Source: a virus
Lineage: Duplodnaviria > Caudoviricetes
Reading direction: 5' to 3' (one strand)
Length of the DNA stretch: 51,308 nucleotides
Virus record (IMG/VR): IMGVR_UViG_3300006854_000010
Location: 1-51,308 of that record
The notes beneath the pieces are model-generated. The model saw only the letters and a program-made list of their open reading frames with translations, did not search any database and had not been told where the DNA came from. Positions 18,753-28,080 of the stretch are shown here, in pieces. Every line of letters starts with the position of its first letter. The first letter of the stretch is position 1. The position numbers were made by a program, and so were the translations under genes.

Positions 18753-19130
18753 TCACCCTCCTTTCGTTGGCGCGTTCTTCTCGCGGCAGATCGCCTCAAC
18801 CGCCTTCGCGAAGTGCAGCCAGCCCCACGTCCTCATGAAGCCGTCGAGCATATCGGGGAGCGACTGGAAAGCGTGCGTGCGATCCTCATCTGCCAGCGGC
18901 ACCCAGGCCTGCTTCGCCTCTGTCCGGCCGGACTCCAGGGCACCGATGCGCGCGCGCAGTGCTGCGACCGCGGCGAGGTGTGCCGCCTCTGTCACAAGGC
19001 CATACTCACCGACTGGCAGGCTCGCGGCGGCCCGCGTCCAGTAGTTCAGCTCGTTGCTTCTGGCGTACGATGTCATGGTGGCCACCACTGGTGCCGCATC
19101 TACGGCGGTGACTGATTTTTCGTCTGTCAT
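18753..19130 (-). CDS. Hypothetical protein
   Basis: AAGGA RBS; FAKAVEA..REKN phage C-terminal motif. Confidence 0.6.
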   Translation of the reverse strand: MTDEKSVTAVDAAPVVATMTSYARSNELNYWTRAAASLPVGEYGLVTEAAHLAAVAALRARIGALESGRTEAKQAWVPLADEDRTHAFQSLPDMLDGFMRTWGWLHFAKAVEAICREKNAPTKGG

Positions 19131-19172
19131 GTCGTTCCTTCGGTTGGCGCGTCAACTATTTCGGAATGTTTG

Positions 19173-19388
19173 TCATAACAACTCTATCTGGTTGAATTTG
19201 AACAACCAGTATCTTGCATGGTACTGTTCAAGCACATCAACATCAGACCCTATTGCGCCAAACTGGCGCTCTAGTTTGAGAGTTGATTGCAGCACCGCAA
19301 ACAAATGTGGCTGCTGAAAAGACATAGCAATGTCTTCCTTCGCTTCATTTCTGAGCTTATCAATTACTCCCTGCGGGATGTTGGTCAT
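19173..19388 (-). CDS. Small AT-rich hypothetical protein
   Basis: MTNIPQG start behind a duplicated RBS. Confidence 0.5.
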   Translation of the reverse strand: MTNIPQGVIDKLRNEAKEDIAMSFQQPHLFAVLQSTLKLERQFGAIGSDVDVLEQYHARYWLFKFNQIELL

Positions 19389-19525
19389 ATCGTTCCTTCG
19401 GTTTGTGAATTGACTTCTGACCAGTGCGTGATCAGGCACCTCGATCATGGGCGGCTGGGATGAGATTGGCCAGCGCATGCCTATATAGCTGTGCTGGGCG
19501 AGTCGGAGCGCTAAGAGCGGGCGGG

Positions 19526-19882
19526 TCATGTCAGAAGTCCCAGGGGGGGGGTAGTGGTCGGGGCCGATCCTTTGCGGAGCGGGATCACATCTATGTCGAG
19601 CCATCCATCGCGCGTTGCGATGGCGGCGGCCATGTTTGCGGATGATTCGATTGAAAGCGGCCGGCACACGCGCACTTTCTTTGTCGTGCGGCGCCAATGG
19701 TCGGGATCCCACATGTCTGGCGACTTCGAGCCGGCACCGACTGCGATTGCGCGGGCGGTGGCATCGTGCGAGTTCCAGACTTGCCACGCGCGTTCGTTCG
19801 CCTGTTTGGCGCGCTCCAGTGCGCCGGGCGGATGGCCGACTACCTGGTAGCCTTTGTCGAATGACTTTGCTGACTTACTCAT
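19526..19882 (-). CDS. Hypothetical protein, first gene of the leftward operon
   Basis: AAAGGA RBS; downstream of the divergent promoter region. Confidence 0.55.
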   Translation of the reverse strand: MSKSAKSFDKGYQVVGHPPGALERAKQANERAWQVWNSHDATARAIAVGAGSKSPDMWDPDHWRRTTKKVRVCRPLSIESSANMAAAIATRDGWLDIDVIPLRKGSAPTTTPPLGLLT

Positions 19883-19899
19883 CTCGGCATCCTTTCTGC

Positions 19900-20020
19900 T
19901 TGCAATAGCAGATTATTGCACCATTGACCGCGCCGCAGAATGGCTTTTGCTATCTGCTGGCGCGCAGTCGATTGAGTAAATCAATCGCGTGGCGGCAGGT
20001 GGCGGCGGTACAGTAGCGCA
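19900..20020. promoter_or_regulatory. Divergent promoter region with two GATWG-N7-CAWTC boxes
   Basis: Strand switch; boxes at 19937-19955 and 19969-19987; -10-like AATAAT (minus strand) and TACAGT (plus strand). Confidence 0.6.
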
Positions 20021-20038
20021 TCAACAACGGAGCGACAG

Positions 20039-20332
20039 ATGAACCACTACGCACGATGCATCGACATCCTCGGCAAGGACCTGTCGCATGCCGAACTGGT
20101 GGCGATGATGCGCGAGATTGCGAAGGCAAGTCCGTCGCTGGTGGCGCGGGCCTACACAGCAACGCAGCCCAAGAATCCGCCGAAAGAGATCGACGAGAAG
20201 ATCCTGGCCCTGTGTGCTGGCGATCAATACATACAGGCCATCAAGATGTACCGCGAGCACTCTGGAGCCGGCCTCAAGCATGCCAAGGACTACGTTGACG
20301 CTGTGCGCGAGAACGCGAGGAACAAGACGTGA
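20039..20332 (+). CDS. Ribosomal protein bL12 (L7/L12) C-terminal-domain-like protein
   Basis: IQAIKMYREHSGAGLKHAKDYVD matches the L12 CTD pattern I..IK..R...G.GLKEAK..VD. Confidence 0.75.
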   Translation: MNHYARCIDILGKDLSHAELVAMMREIAKASPSLVARAYTATQPKNPPKEIDEKILALCAGDQYIQAIKMYREHSGAGLKHAKDYVDAVRENARNKT

Positions 20333-20534
20333 GCAACATAGCGCATGGCGGACCCGGAGAGATTCCGCGCTGCAAAGTCACCTGCCAAGCCGACGCCTTC
20401 GAGAATCACATTCGTGACATTGGCGTTGTGTTCGCATGCGAGTGGTTCGGCCATGCGGCGGACAGCGCGTTCACGGCAGAGACAATAAAGGCGCTGCGTG
20501 AGCGAAGCGCAAGTGTGGACAACAAGGCGGCAGA

Positions 20535-21398
20535 ATGAGCAACGAACTAACACAGATCACCAGCCATGGCGCTGGCGCAATCCAACCCGTGCAGCAGCAG
20601 GCCACTCCTGGGTACTTGCTGCAACTTGCTGTACAGCAGGGGGCCGACCTTGAGAAGTTGGAGCGCTTGATGGCGCTGCAGGAGCGATGGGAGGCGGCGG
20701 AGGCGAAGCGCTCTTTCGTCGCCGCCATGGCGGCATTCAAGGCCGAGCCAATGACGATCTTCAAGAAGAAGCAGGTTGGCTACACCACCAAGGACGGTGA
20801 CTTCGTGGGCTACACGCATGCTCGTCTGTCGGACGTTACTGACGTGGTTGTTCCAGCCATGGGGAGGCACGGGCTGTCGCATCGCTGGGACATCCGCCAG
20901 GATGGTGGACGAATCCACGTGTCATGCGTGGTCACACACCGGCTGGGCCACTCTGAGGCCGTAGTGATGGATAGCCCACCCGACACCAGCGGCAAAAAGA
21001 ACCCGCTGCAGCAGATCGCCAGCGCCACATCATACCTACAGCGCTACACATTGCTGGCTGTCACCGGCATGGCAACGAACGACATGGACAACGATGCCAG
21101 CGAAGCGGGCGGCGGCGCGGACACGAAAGACAAGGCATCCGATGTCGATGAATGGATAAAGACCGCCCAGGCCACCACCACGGATGCGGATGCTGCGAAG
21201 GTGTGGCAGGACGGCGGCAAGGCACTGACTGCCGCCAAAGATCGCGCAGGGTATGGCGCGTTCAAGGCAGCGGTGGTTGCGCACAGGACCGCACTCAAGG
21301 CGGCGCTCGATGAGCGCACCGCAGAAGCTGAAGCGACTCCGGTGGATGATGATTTCGTGCGTGACATGGATGCCGCAGAGGGGAAGACCGATGAGTGA
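20535..21398 (+). CDS. erf: ERF family ssDNA-annealing protein
   Basis: DLEKLERLM, HARLSDV, GL.H.W, H..GHSE, KNPLQQIASATSYLQRYTL. Confidence 0.9.
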   Translation: MSNELTQITSHGAGAIQPVQQQATPGYLLQLAVQQGADLEKLERLMALQERWEAAEAKRSFVAAMAAFKAEPMTIFKKKQVGYTTKDGDFVGYTHARLSDVTDVVVPAMGRHGLSHRWDIRQDGGRIHVSCVVTHRLGHSEAVVMDSPPDTSGKKNPLQQIASATSYLQRYTLLAVTGMATNDMDNDASEAGGGADTKDKASDVDEWIKTAQATTTDADAAKVWQDGGKALTAAKDRAGYGAFKAAVVAHRTALKAALDERTAEAEATPVDDDFVRDMDAAEGKTDE

Positions 21399-22512
21399 CA
21401 TCCTGTTCCGCTGTTCATCCATCGGCAAGCTGATGGGCGAGCCGAAGAAGAAGGGCGAGGCGCTCACGGACACCGCCAAGACATTCATCCGGCAGATGGC
21501 GGCCGAAGACATTTTCGGCGTGGATTTCTCTGTTTCCAGCCGCGAGATGCAGAAGGGCATCCAGTGCGAGGATCAAAGCATCGCGCTTTATAACTCGGTG
21601 TTCGGCAAGTCACTCACGAAGAACAGCGAGCGTCGCACCGATGATTGCCTGACCGGTGAATCGGATCTTCCAGATGTTGACGAGGTGGCCGACATCAAAA
21701 CGGCATGGTCTATCGCCACGTTTCCGCTGTCTGAAGAGGATGTGAGCGACACACAGCGAAAGCTGTACGAATGGCAAGTCCGGGCCTACATGCGACTGTG
21801 GAACAAGCCGCGTGGCCGCGTGGTGTACTGTCTCGTGGATACGCCCGAGGAACTGTGCAAATGGGAGGATCCGAGCTTGCACATGGTTGGCCACATCCCG
21901 GACCACATGCGCGTGACGACGTGGGCTTATGCGCGTGATCCAGCGCTTGAGGCCATGATGATTGACAAGATCAAACTGGCGCGCGAATACTATTCGCACG
22001 TCGTGCGACAGTTCCACGAAACACACATTCTCTTCACGGGGCACGGAATGGAATCACAAGCGAAACAAAACGACGAGGCCGATCAAGAGGCGGTGCGCGC
22101 AGAGGCGACACGGCTCGCTGCCATCGCGCAAGAGCAGGAAGAGCGTGGAGTTCGGGCGCGCGCAGGTGTTATCGCAGACGCGCTTGAGGCGATGCTTCCG
22201 CCCGTGGTTGACGCAGAGTTCGCAGGGGTGGCGCTGGCCCAACCGTCCGAAGCGATGCTGCGGGTTGTTGCGCTGATTGAAGAGGACATGCATATCATGC
22301 TGCAGGCCGGCGCTCCTGCCGAGGAGGCCACGCTCAAGCTGGGCACATTCTGCGACACCATAGGTGATGGATTCCATGTGTCTGAAGAGTTCCTCAAATC
22401 CATCGGAATCACCAAGCGCAACACGACTGGGCGTGCCGTGCTCTTCTATCAATCAGACTTCCAGCGCATCATCACGGCCATCATCGGCCACCTGCAGGAC
22501 TTCCAGCCATGA
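21391..22512 (+). CDS. YqaJ/lambda-exonuclease-like protein with C-terminal extension
   Basis: FRCSSIGKLM, MQKG..CE, TGE.D, DIKT, YEWQVRAYM; adjacent to erf. Confidence 0.8.
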   Translation: MSDILFRCSSIGKLMGEPKKKGEALTDTAKTFIRQMAAEDIFGVDFSVSSREMQKGIQCEDQSIALYNSVFGKSLTKNSERRTDDCLTGESDLPDVDEVADIKTAWSIATFPLSEEDVSDTQRKLYEWQVRAYMRLWNKPRGRVVYCLVDTPEELCKWEDPSLHMVGHIPDHMRVTTWAYARDPALEAMMIDKIKLAREYYSHVVRQFHETHILFTGHGMESQAKQNDEADQEAVRAEATRLAAIAQEQEERGVRARAGVIADALEAMLPPVVDAEFAGVALAQPSEAMLRVVALIEEDMHIMLQAGAPAEEATLKLGTFCDTIGDGFHVSEEFLKSIGITKRNTTGRAVLFYQSDFQRIITAIIGHLQDFQP

Positions 22513-22769
22513 ACCACGAGATCAATCACTGCGTATCCGAACGCAAGCCAGTCGGATACATGATCGACCACGCAGCCAGCCGCGCCGCTGGTGAGCCTGT
22601 GTACCTTGGGCATCTGGTATGGGCCGAAGGGCGCCCGGCCGATCCTGTGACCGGGCGTGTTGCGCTGCATGCAGGCTACGCGATCCCGGGTTGGGAACGC
22701 AGAGTGTTCGTGCGCGAGGAAGCAATGCGAATTGCCGAGGACATCGCCAAGTCGCTGGCGGGGTACTGA
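22509..22769 (+). CDS. Hypothetical protein
   Basis: Start overlaps the exonuclease stop. Confidence 0.5.
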   Translation: MNHEINHCVSERKPVGYMIDHAASRAAGEPVYLGHLVWAEGRPADPVTGRVALHAGYAIPGWERRVFVREEAMRIAEDIAKSLAGY

Positions 22770-22770
22770 C

Positions 22771-23397
22771 ATGTCTGCGGCGGACACACAGAGCAAGCTC
22801 TCGGCAAAAGAGCGCAAGCGTGAGAAAGATCGCCGCTACCGAGTCGAGCACAGTGAGCGACTAAAGGCAGAGCATCGCGAGAGGTATAAGCGTGAACAGC
22901 TACTTCCGCAAATTACACAAACAAGACTAAAAGAGCTTGTTGTGTATAACCATGAAACAGGGTTATTTTTATACGCGCAAGGGCGCGGCTCTCGCGATGC
23001 GAGCAATGTTGCGGGACACACAGCGCCAGACGGAAGAGCTCACATAGTACTAGACTGACGATTGTATAGAGCGCACCGTGTTGCTTGGTCGTATGTTAAT
23101 GGATGCTGGCCATCTAATGAAATAGACCACATCGACGGCAATCCGTCTAATAACGCATTCTCCAATCTGCGCGACGTTACGCCGACAATTAACAAACAAA
23201 ACATACGCCGCGCACGAGCAAACAAAAAATATAGCAAGCTTCTCGGTGCACACTGGTGCAAACAACGCAATATATGGAGATCTTCCATTAAGGTAAATGG
23301 TGTTCGCATACATCTTGGCGTGTATGACACTGATGTGGATGCGTCGGCCGCATATATTGAGGCAAAGAGGCGACTACACGATGGGTGCATCATATGA
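22771..23397 (+). pseudogene. HNH/AP2 homing endonuclease interrupted by an in-frame TGA (23056-23058)
   Basis: ITQTRLKELVVYNHETGLF...IVLD*RLYRAHRVAW...IDHIDGNPSNN...NLR, AP2-like HLGVYDT...AYIEAK; same frame across the stop. Confidence 0.75.
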
Positions 23398-23891
23398 TTA
23401 AGAGTAAGCCGCTTCGCAGTTCTTCATTCAAGCGCAAGACCATCGAGCGTGTGCGCTCCGTGCCGACGCCAGGCACGGGCCGCGGAGTGCATGCGATGGC
23501 CGGCGATGATGTGGTCAGCGTGCCGAAGGAGCGGCCCGTGCGGAGCGCAGACTACAGGCGCTTGGTGGCAATGCTGCCATGCTACCGGCGCGGCATTCAT
23601 GGGCACTCTCAGGCCGCCCATGCAGATCAAGGAAAGGGCATGGCCATCAAGAGCAGTGACCTGACGTGCTACCCGCTCTGCGGCCCGCATCTGGACCTGC
23701 GCACCGACCCACCTGGCCAGATGGTGCCTGGCTGCCACGCCGACATTGGAACGCTCGGGAAGATGACGCAGGCAGAGCGGCGCGACTTCGGGTCCCGGGC
23801 CATGCCTGACACGCAGCACACACTCAGGTGCAAGTCTAACCACGAGCGAGCACTGCGGACACTACTCACAAAACTTGGGCTGCTGCCATGA
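23394..23891 (+). CDS. DUF968/Ref-like putative nuclease
   Basis: RSADYRRLVAMLPC...SQAAH...KGMAIKSSD...PLC...CH. Confidence 0.65.
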   Translation: MIKSKPLRSSSFKRKTIERVRSVPTPGTGRGVHAMAGDDVVSVPKERPVRSADYRRLVAMLPCYRRGIHGHSQAAHADQGKGMAIKSSDLTCYPLCGPHLDLRTDPPGQMVPGCHADIGTLGKMTQAERRDFGSRAMPDTQHTLRCKSNHERALRTLLTKLGLLP

Positions 23892-24220
23892 GCAAACCAA
23901 TCGACCCGCAGGCCGCCATGCAGCAGATTTGGGAGCTGGCGCCACGCTACGCAAAGGCCAAGTCGGAGCGCATCTACCTGGAGGAATACCGCAAGTCCAA
24001 GAAGGCGCTGTTGATGCAGACTAGCCAGGAGAAAAGCGCCGTAATGCAGGAGCGCGATGCCTACGCGGACCCTGACTACATCGCGCTCCTGGCCGGCCTG
24101 CGCGCAGCCGTAGAGGCCGAGGAAACTCTGCGGTGGAGAATGGTTGCCAGCGAGGCTGCTATTGAGATCTGGCGTTCACAGGAGGCCAGCAACCGGACTA
24201 TTGACAGGGCAACGCGATAG
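23888..24220 (+). CDS. Conserved phage helical protein
   Basis: YAKAK..RIYLEEYRKSKKA...QERDAYADPDY...IEIWRS.EAS.R. Confidence 0.7.
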   Translation: MSKPIDPQAAMQQIWELAPRYAKAKSERIYLEEYRKSKKALLMQTSQEKSAVMQERDAYADPDYIALLAGLRAAVEAEETLRWRMVASEAAIEIWRSQEASNRTIDRATR

Positions 24221-24352
24221 CTGCAATCAACTGGTGCGACACATCAAAACGCGCCATACTGCTATTCACCGGGCGACCAAGCGACTTTCTGTTTGCGATC
24301 CGCCGCGCCACCACTGAAGGTGGCCGCCCACCCAACCAACCGGAGTACATGC

Positions 24353-25192
24353 ATGCTGAACAAACCGTCTCCACGCCTCCAAATCCTGCGCGAGCAACTC
24401 GCCCTGGAGAAGTTCGAGCTTCAGAACGCCCGCGAGCTGTACGCGCACAGCGCAGCAAACCCGCGCACGACGCACCACACCGACCACGAGTACGGCTACA
24501 ACGAAGACCTGGCCGAGTGGCTCAAGAGCTTGGTCAAGAAGTCCGAGCCGCTGGGTGATCTGCAGAAGGCGATCCCGCCCGCCCAACCGAGCGCATCTGC
24601 ATGGCGCCGCGGGACGGACATCCCGGTGAGCGAGCGAGTGGGGCTGTGGCACAACAGGTGCGCTGATGGCGCGGTGTTCCCCGCCCGGCGCGCCGGTTCT
24701 CTGACATTCGAGAATCTTATGTACCGGCACGCCGCACCAGGCACAAAGGAAGGTGACAAGTACGACGAATCTCGCTACGCCACCGCTGACCTGAGCGCCA
24801 GGCTCGCGGATGCTAGCAGTGCTGCGAGTGGGGCTGCGCTGGTGGGGGCGAAGCTGGACAGCGGCCTACGTTACCTGGTGTGCGTGAGTGACAAGAACTC
24901 CAGCGCAGGGATGATCTATGCGTATGCAACGTCAGAAGCCGCCATGCACGGCTATCAGTCGGTGCTGCAAATGCCAGATGTAGACTGGCGCCTGTGCGAC
25001 AAAGACGGATTCATTCCGCACACGCCTACGGCCGACAGCAAGTGCCCGGTGCCATCTGGCATTGTCGGTATCGACGTGCGCTTGGCGAACGGAATTGTCA
25101 AGCTCGGCGATACACCAGACGGCTGGAGGTGGAGCAAGTCGAACGACTTTGACATCGCCGGCTGGCGCCCAGCTGCAGGAGCTGCGGCATGA
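24353..25192 (+). CDS. Mosaic hypothetical protein
   Basis: GGAG RBS; C-terminal CPV...V.L.NG...WRW...DIAGWR phage domain. Confidence 0.6.
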   Translation: MLNKPSPRLQILREQLALEKFELQNARELYAHSAANPRTTHHTDHEYGYNEDLAEWLKSLVKKSEPLGDLQKAIPPAQPSASAWRRGTDIPVSERVGLWHNRCADGAVFPARRAGSLTFENLMYRHAAPGTKEGDKYDESRYATADLSARLADASSAASGAALVGAKLDSGLRYLVCVSDKNSSAGMIYAYATSEAAMHGYQSVLQMPDVDWRLCDKDGFIPHTPTADSKCPVPSGIVGIDVRLANGIVKLGDTPDGWRWSKSNDFDIAGWRPAAGAAA

Positions 25193-25374
25193 TCGAGACG
25201 ACGCACACGCCGCACCCAATCTGCCCACACTGCGGCCACGTGCACAAGGATGCGTGGGAGTGGCAGCCGAACGAACTGGAGTTCGACAGCGACCACGAAT
25301 GCGACGCCTGCGACAAGACGTTCATGGTAATCCGTCACGCCAGCATCACCTACACCACTGCGGAGCAGAAATGA
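25189..25374 (+). CDS. Small zinc-ribbon protein
   Basis: CPHCG...DAWE...ECDACDKTF. Confidence 0.65.
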   Translation: MIETTHTPHPICPHCGHVHKDAWEWQPNELEFDSDHECDACDKTFMVIRHASITYTTAEQK

Positions 25375-25616
25375 TCGACACCATCCTCATCGTGATCGTG
25401 CTGACCACCGTGTCAGCGCCTGACGGCAGCACGCACCAGGAGCCCCGCAGCGCCTGGAATCGAGGATTCACCGAGGCCGAGTGCAAGGCTGCAGCATCGA
25501 CCATCTCCAGCACCAAGCCTGGCGACGCGATCCTATCTGCGACGTGCGTGCAGGCAGTGGCGCCGCAGCCAGCACAGGAGCAGCACCCGGATCCGAGGAA
25601 CAGAGGAGCAATCTGA
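25371..25616 (+). CDS. Small secreted/membrane-anchored protein with two Cys
   Basis: Hydrophobic N-terminus ILIVIVL; FTEAECKAAA...ATCV. Confidence 0.55.
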   Translation: MIDTILIVIVLTTVSAPDGSTHQEPRSAWNRGFTEAECKAAASTISSTKPGDAILSATCVQAVAPQPAQEQHPDPRNRGAI

Positions 25617-25617
25617 G

Positions 25618-25860
25618 ATGACCGCCAAGCGCACCGAACCATCCGTCCGCAGCCGTTTCGCCGGGCTGCACACGCTGCCGAGTGGCCGAGTGGTCTACTG
25701 CACGCACTCGGCCGTACTAATCGGCCTGCGCTACCAGCGGCCGAAGCGCGACCCGGGCGCGCATGCGGAGCGCATCCAGGACCTGCTGCTGTGGGGCCGC
25801 CCGCTTGCTCACGATCAGGTGTGGGTGGCAGCGCTTTGCGAAGCCGGGAGACGGCCATGA
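25618..25860 (+). CDS. Hypothetical protein
   Basis: GAGGAG RBS; IGLRYQRP...ERIQDLLL. Confidence 0.5.
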   Translation: MTAKRTEPSVRSRFAGLHTLPSGRVVYCTHSAVLIGLRYQRPKRDPGAHAERIQDLLLWGRPLAHDQVWVAALCEAGRRP

Positions 25861-26237
25861 CAATTGCCGAGATACGCGCCGTTGTTGCGCGGCGCACCTA
25901 CAAACCTGGATGGCAACTCACAGTCAACGCGAACTCTGACGGGTCTAGGCCGTACCTGCAACTGCACGTCACGGCTGCCATTTGCTCTGTATCTCTGGAG
26001 CCGTGCGAATGGAAGTCCGCCAAGCACTACCTGTCTGAGTTCATGTGTAAACAGGAGCTTGTCGGCGTATGCTTCAAGGCCATTCAGCAGGCAGAAGAGC
26101 ACGAGTTGCGCGAGTTCTTCAGGCACCGCGGCGTGCGCATATTCAATCCCCACATCGACCCAGATGCGCTGGTGAGCGTGGCCCACATCGAAGACACCAG
26201 AACCGAGCCGGTGCTGATGAAAGAGGGCCGGCCATGA
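25857..26237 (+). CDS. Conserved hypothetical protein
   Basis: YKPGW...K.YLS.FM...AEEHELREFF...RIFNPH. Confidence 0.65.
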   Translation: MTIAEIRAVVARRTYKPGWQLTVNANSDGSRPYLQLHVTAAICSVSLEPCEWKSAKHYLSEFMCKQELVGVCFKAIQQAEEHELREFFRHRGVRIFNPHIDPDALVSVAHIEDTRTEPVLMKEGRP

Positions 26238-26671
26238 TCGATAGATTCATCAGGCGCGTCACGGCTCGCCCGCCTGATCGCGTGATCGGTGGGCACGATG
26301 ACCCATACATGCTGCGCTGGTACATCCTCCCGCGCAACAGGCTGTTCAACGTCTACCTGCACCGCTTTCTGCGCAGCGATGATGATAGGGCGATGCATGA
26401 TCATCCGTTCTATAATACGTCGGTCCTACTTCGAGGCTCCTACATGGAGCACACCACAAATGGCTCGTTTGAGCGCAGCGTTTGTGATGTCGTCTTCCGC
26501 CGTGGTGTGACGCTGCACCGCATCGAGCTGCATAAAGGCCCAGCGTGGAGCCTGTTTGTAACGTCATTCAGGTACAGGGAGTGGGGGTTTGCTTGCCAAA
26601 AAGGATGGAGGCACTGGAAACAGTTTGTAGATGAGCGCGACAATGGCGCAATTGGAAGGGGGTGTGATTGA
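26234..26671 (+). CDS. Cupin-like conserved phage protein
   Basis: YMLRWY, YLHRFLRSDDDRAMHDHP, LRGSY.E, HRIEL, REWGF. Confidence 0.7.
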   Translation: MIDRFIRRVTARPPDRVIGGHDDPYMLRWYILPRNRLFNVYLHRFLRSDDDRAMHDHPFYNTSVLLRGSYMEHTTNGSFERSVCDVVFRRGVTLHRIELHKGPAWSLFVTSFRYREWGFACQKGWRHWKQFVDERDNGAIGRGCD

Positions 26672-27207
26672 TGACGAAGACGGCAGGAATGCTTGACTAT
26701 TCTGATCGAACGGTGCCAGAGACGAAATGCGCTAAATGCGGATGCGCAATTCAACCTAGCCCGCTTGGTTATAACCGCAAGTATTGCCCACAAAAGTGCA
26801 AACGGTCCGCTCGCGATATTAGAGAGAGACAGAGCATTAAAGGTCGGCATGCAGATAGAGGCAAACAACGCATAAGAACCTACGTACGCAATCGATTGCA
26901 AACTGATGAAGCGTTTCGTGACAAGCATCAAGCCTCTACGGCCGTCTACCGCAAGCAGGTTCGAGATTGGCCGGCTGAATTCAAGGTAAAGTCAGGCTGC
27001 GTGGACTGCGGTTATCGCGGCCACTTTTCTGCACTTCGGCTTGACCATGAGGGAGAGAAGACCATTGCGGTAGCAGACGCTAGAACAAGTATCAGGCGCC
27101 TTCAGGAAGAGATAAGCGCAGGCCAACGCAAAGTGCGGTGCGCAAACTGCCACTCGATCAAAACATGGGAGCGGAAGATCGCTAAGAGCAAGGGGTGCGA
27201 CCAATGA
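26671..27207 (+). CDS. HNH-like endonuclease with N-terminal zinc finger
   Basis: CAKCG...KYC...CK; GCVDCGY...DH; VRCANCHSIKT; AT-richer codons. Confidence 0.65.
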   Translation: MTKTAGMLDYSDRTVPETKCAKCGCAIQPSPLGYNRKYCPQKCKRSARDIRERQSIKGRHADRGKQRIRTYVRNRLQTDEAFRDKHQASTAVYRKQVRDWPAEFKVKSGCVDCGYRGHFSALRLDHEGEKTIAVADARTSIRRLQEEISAGQRKVRCANCHSIKTWERKIAKSKGCDQ

Positions 27208-27504
27208 AGCGCGGATCTATAGAGGCAGCAGTCGTTGGCTTCTTGCTCGCGTGCGTTTTTTATACTGTGCGCGATGTGGTCACGAAGCCATGGAGAAAGC
27301 AATGAACGAGAACGACGAAGACGCGCCGGAAGTGATCGAAGTGCAGAACGCGCCGGAAAGCATCTGGCTCAACGTCGGCGATCTGGATGGGTCTATCGAC
27401 CTTGGGCGAGACACCGAGGGCGTCACGTGGTGCGACACAAGCCAGGGGCCGCATGACGTGGAGTACGTGCGGGCGGACCTTGTGTCCACGCTGAAGGAAA
27501 CACC

Positions 27505-27885
27505 ATGAGGCCATCAACTATCAGCGAAGAGTTCAGGCGCCACGATGTGCGCGTGCACGCGTGGCTACTGCTGGAGTGGCTGCAGGACCCGCAGCGACCG
27601 CCGGCCAACGTGTCGTTCACTGGGGAGCCGCTGCGCATAATTGCAACTGCCATCGAGCAGATCGCACGGCAAGGTTGCGTCAACGACGAGGCAGCGGAAG
27701 CGGACAGGAGGGATGCCGCCTACTACAGGACATTGCGCAACTCGCTGGCGAACCCACCGGTGACCACTACATCGATGCCGGCGCTAGTGGCGCCGTTCAC
27801 TGAGGGCCGCGTTACCTACGCACCAGAAGGGCTGGACCAAGCAATGAAGAATGTGCTGGCGCAACTTGGCGGGAGCCAGGCATGA
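27505..27885 (+). CDS. Hypothetical protein
   Basis: AAGGA RBS; overlapping start/stop. Confidence 0.5.
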   Translation: MRPSTISEEFRRHDVRVHAWLLLEWLQDPQRPPANVSFTGEPLRIIATAIEQIARQGCVNDEAAEADRRDAAYYRTLRNSLANPPVTTTSMPALVAPFTEGRVTYAPEGLDQAMKNVLAQLGGSQA

Positions 27886-28080
27886 AACGCGCAAGTGACT
27901 GGTTGGTTACATACGGCTGGGCGTATGCCGTGTCACTTGGCCTACGGTATGCCGTGTATGCTGGAGTGGCCGGAGTGCTGGCACTGGTGGTATGGAGAAA
28001 TCCATGAGTTGGCCAGAAGCCTTCTTTGGCGCCGCATGCGTTGCGGCTATCGCTGTCGTGCTGTGGAAAATGTTCGACCG

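Noticed and set aside
19543-19551. G9 homopolymer as a phase-variation or frameshift site
   Set aside because: It lies in the last codons of a hypothetical ORF, and nothing in the sequence supports a fusion product.
23056-23058. Genome-wide stop-codon reassignment (TGA readthrough)
   Set aside because: TGA ends many intact genes, often in start/stop overlaps; only one dispensable HNH gene is interrupted; no suppressor tRNA was seen.
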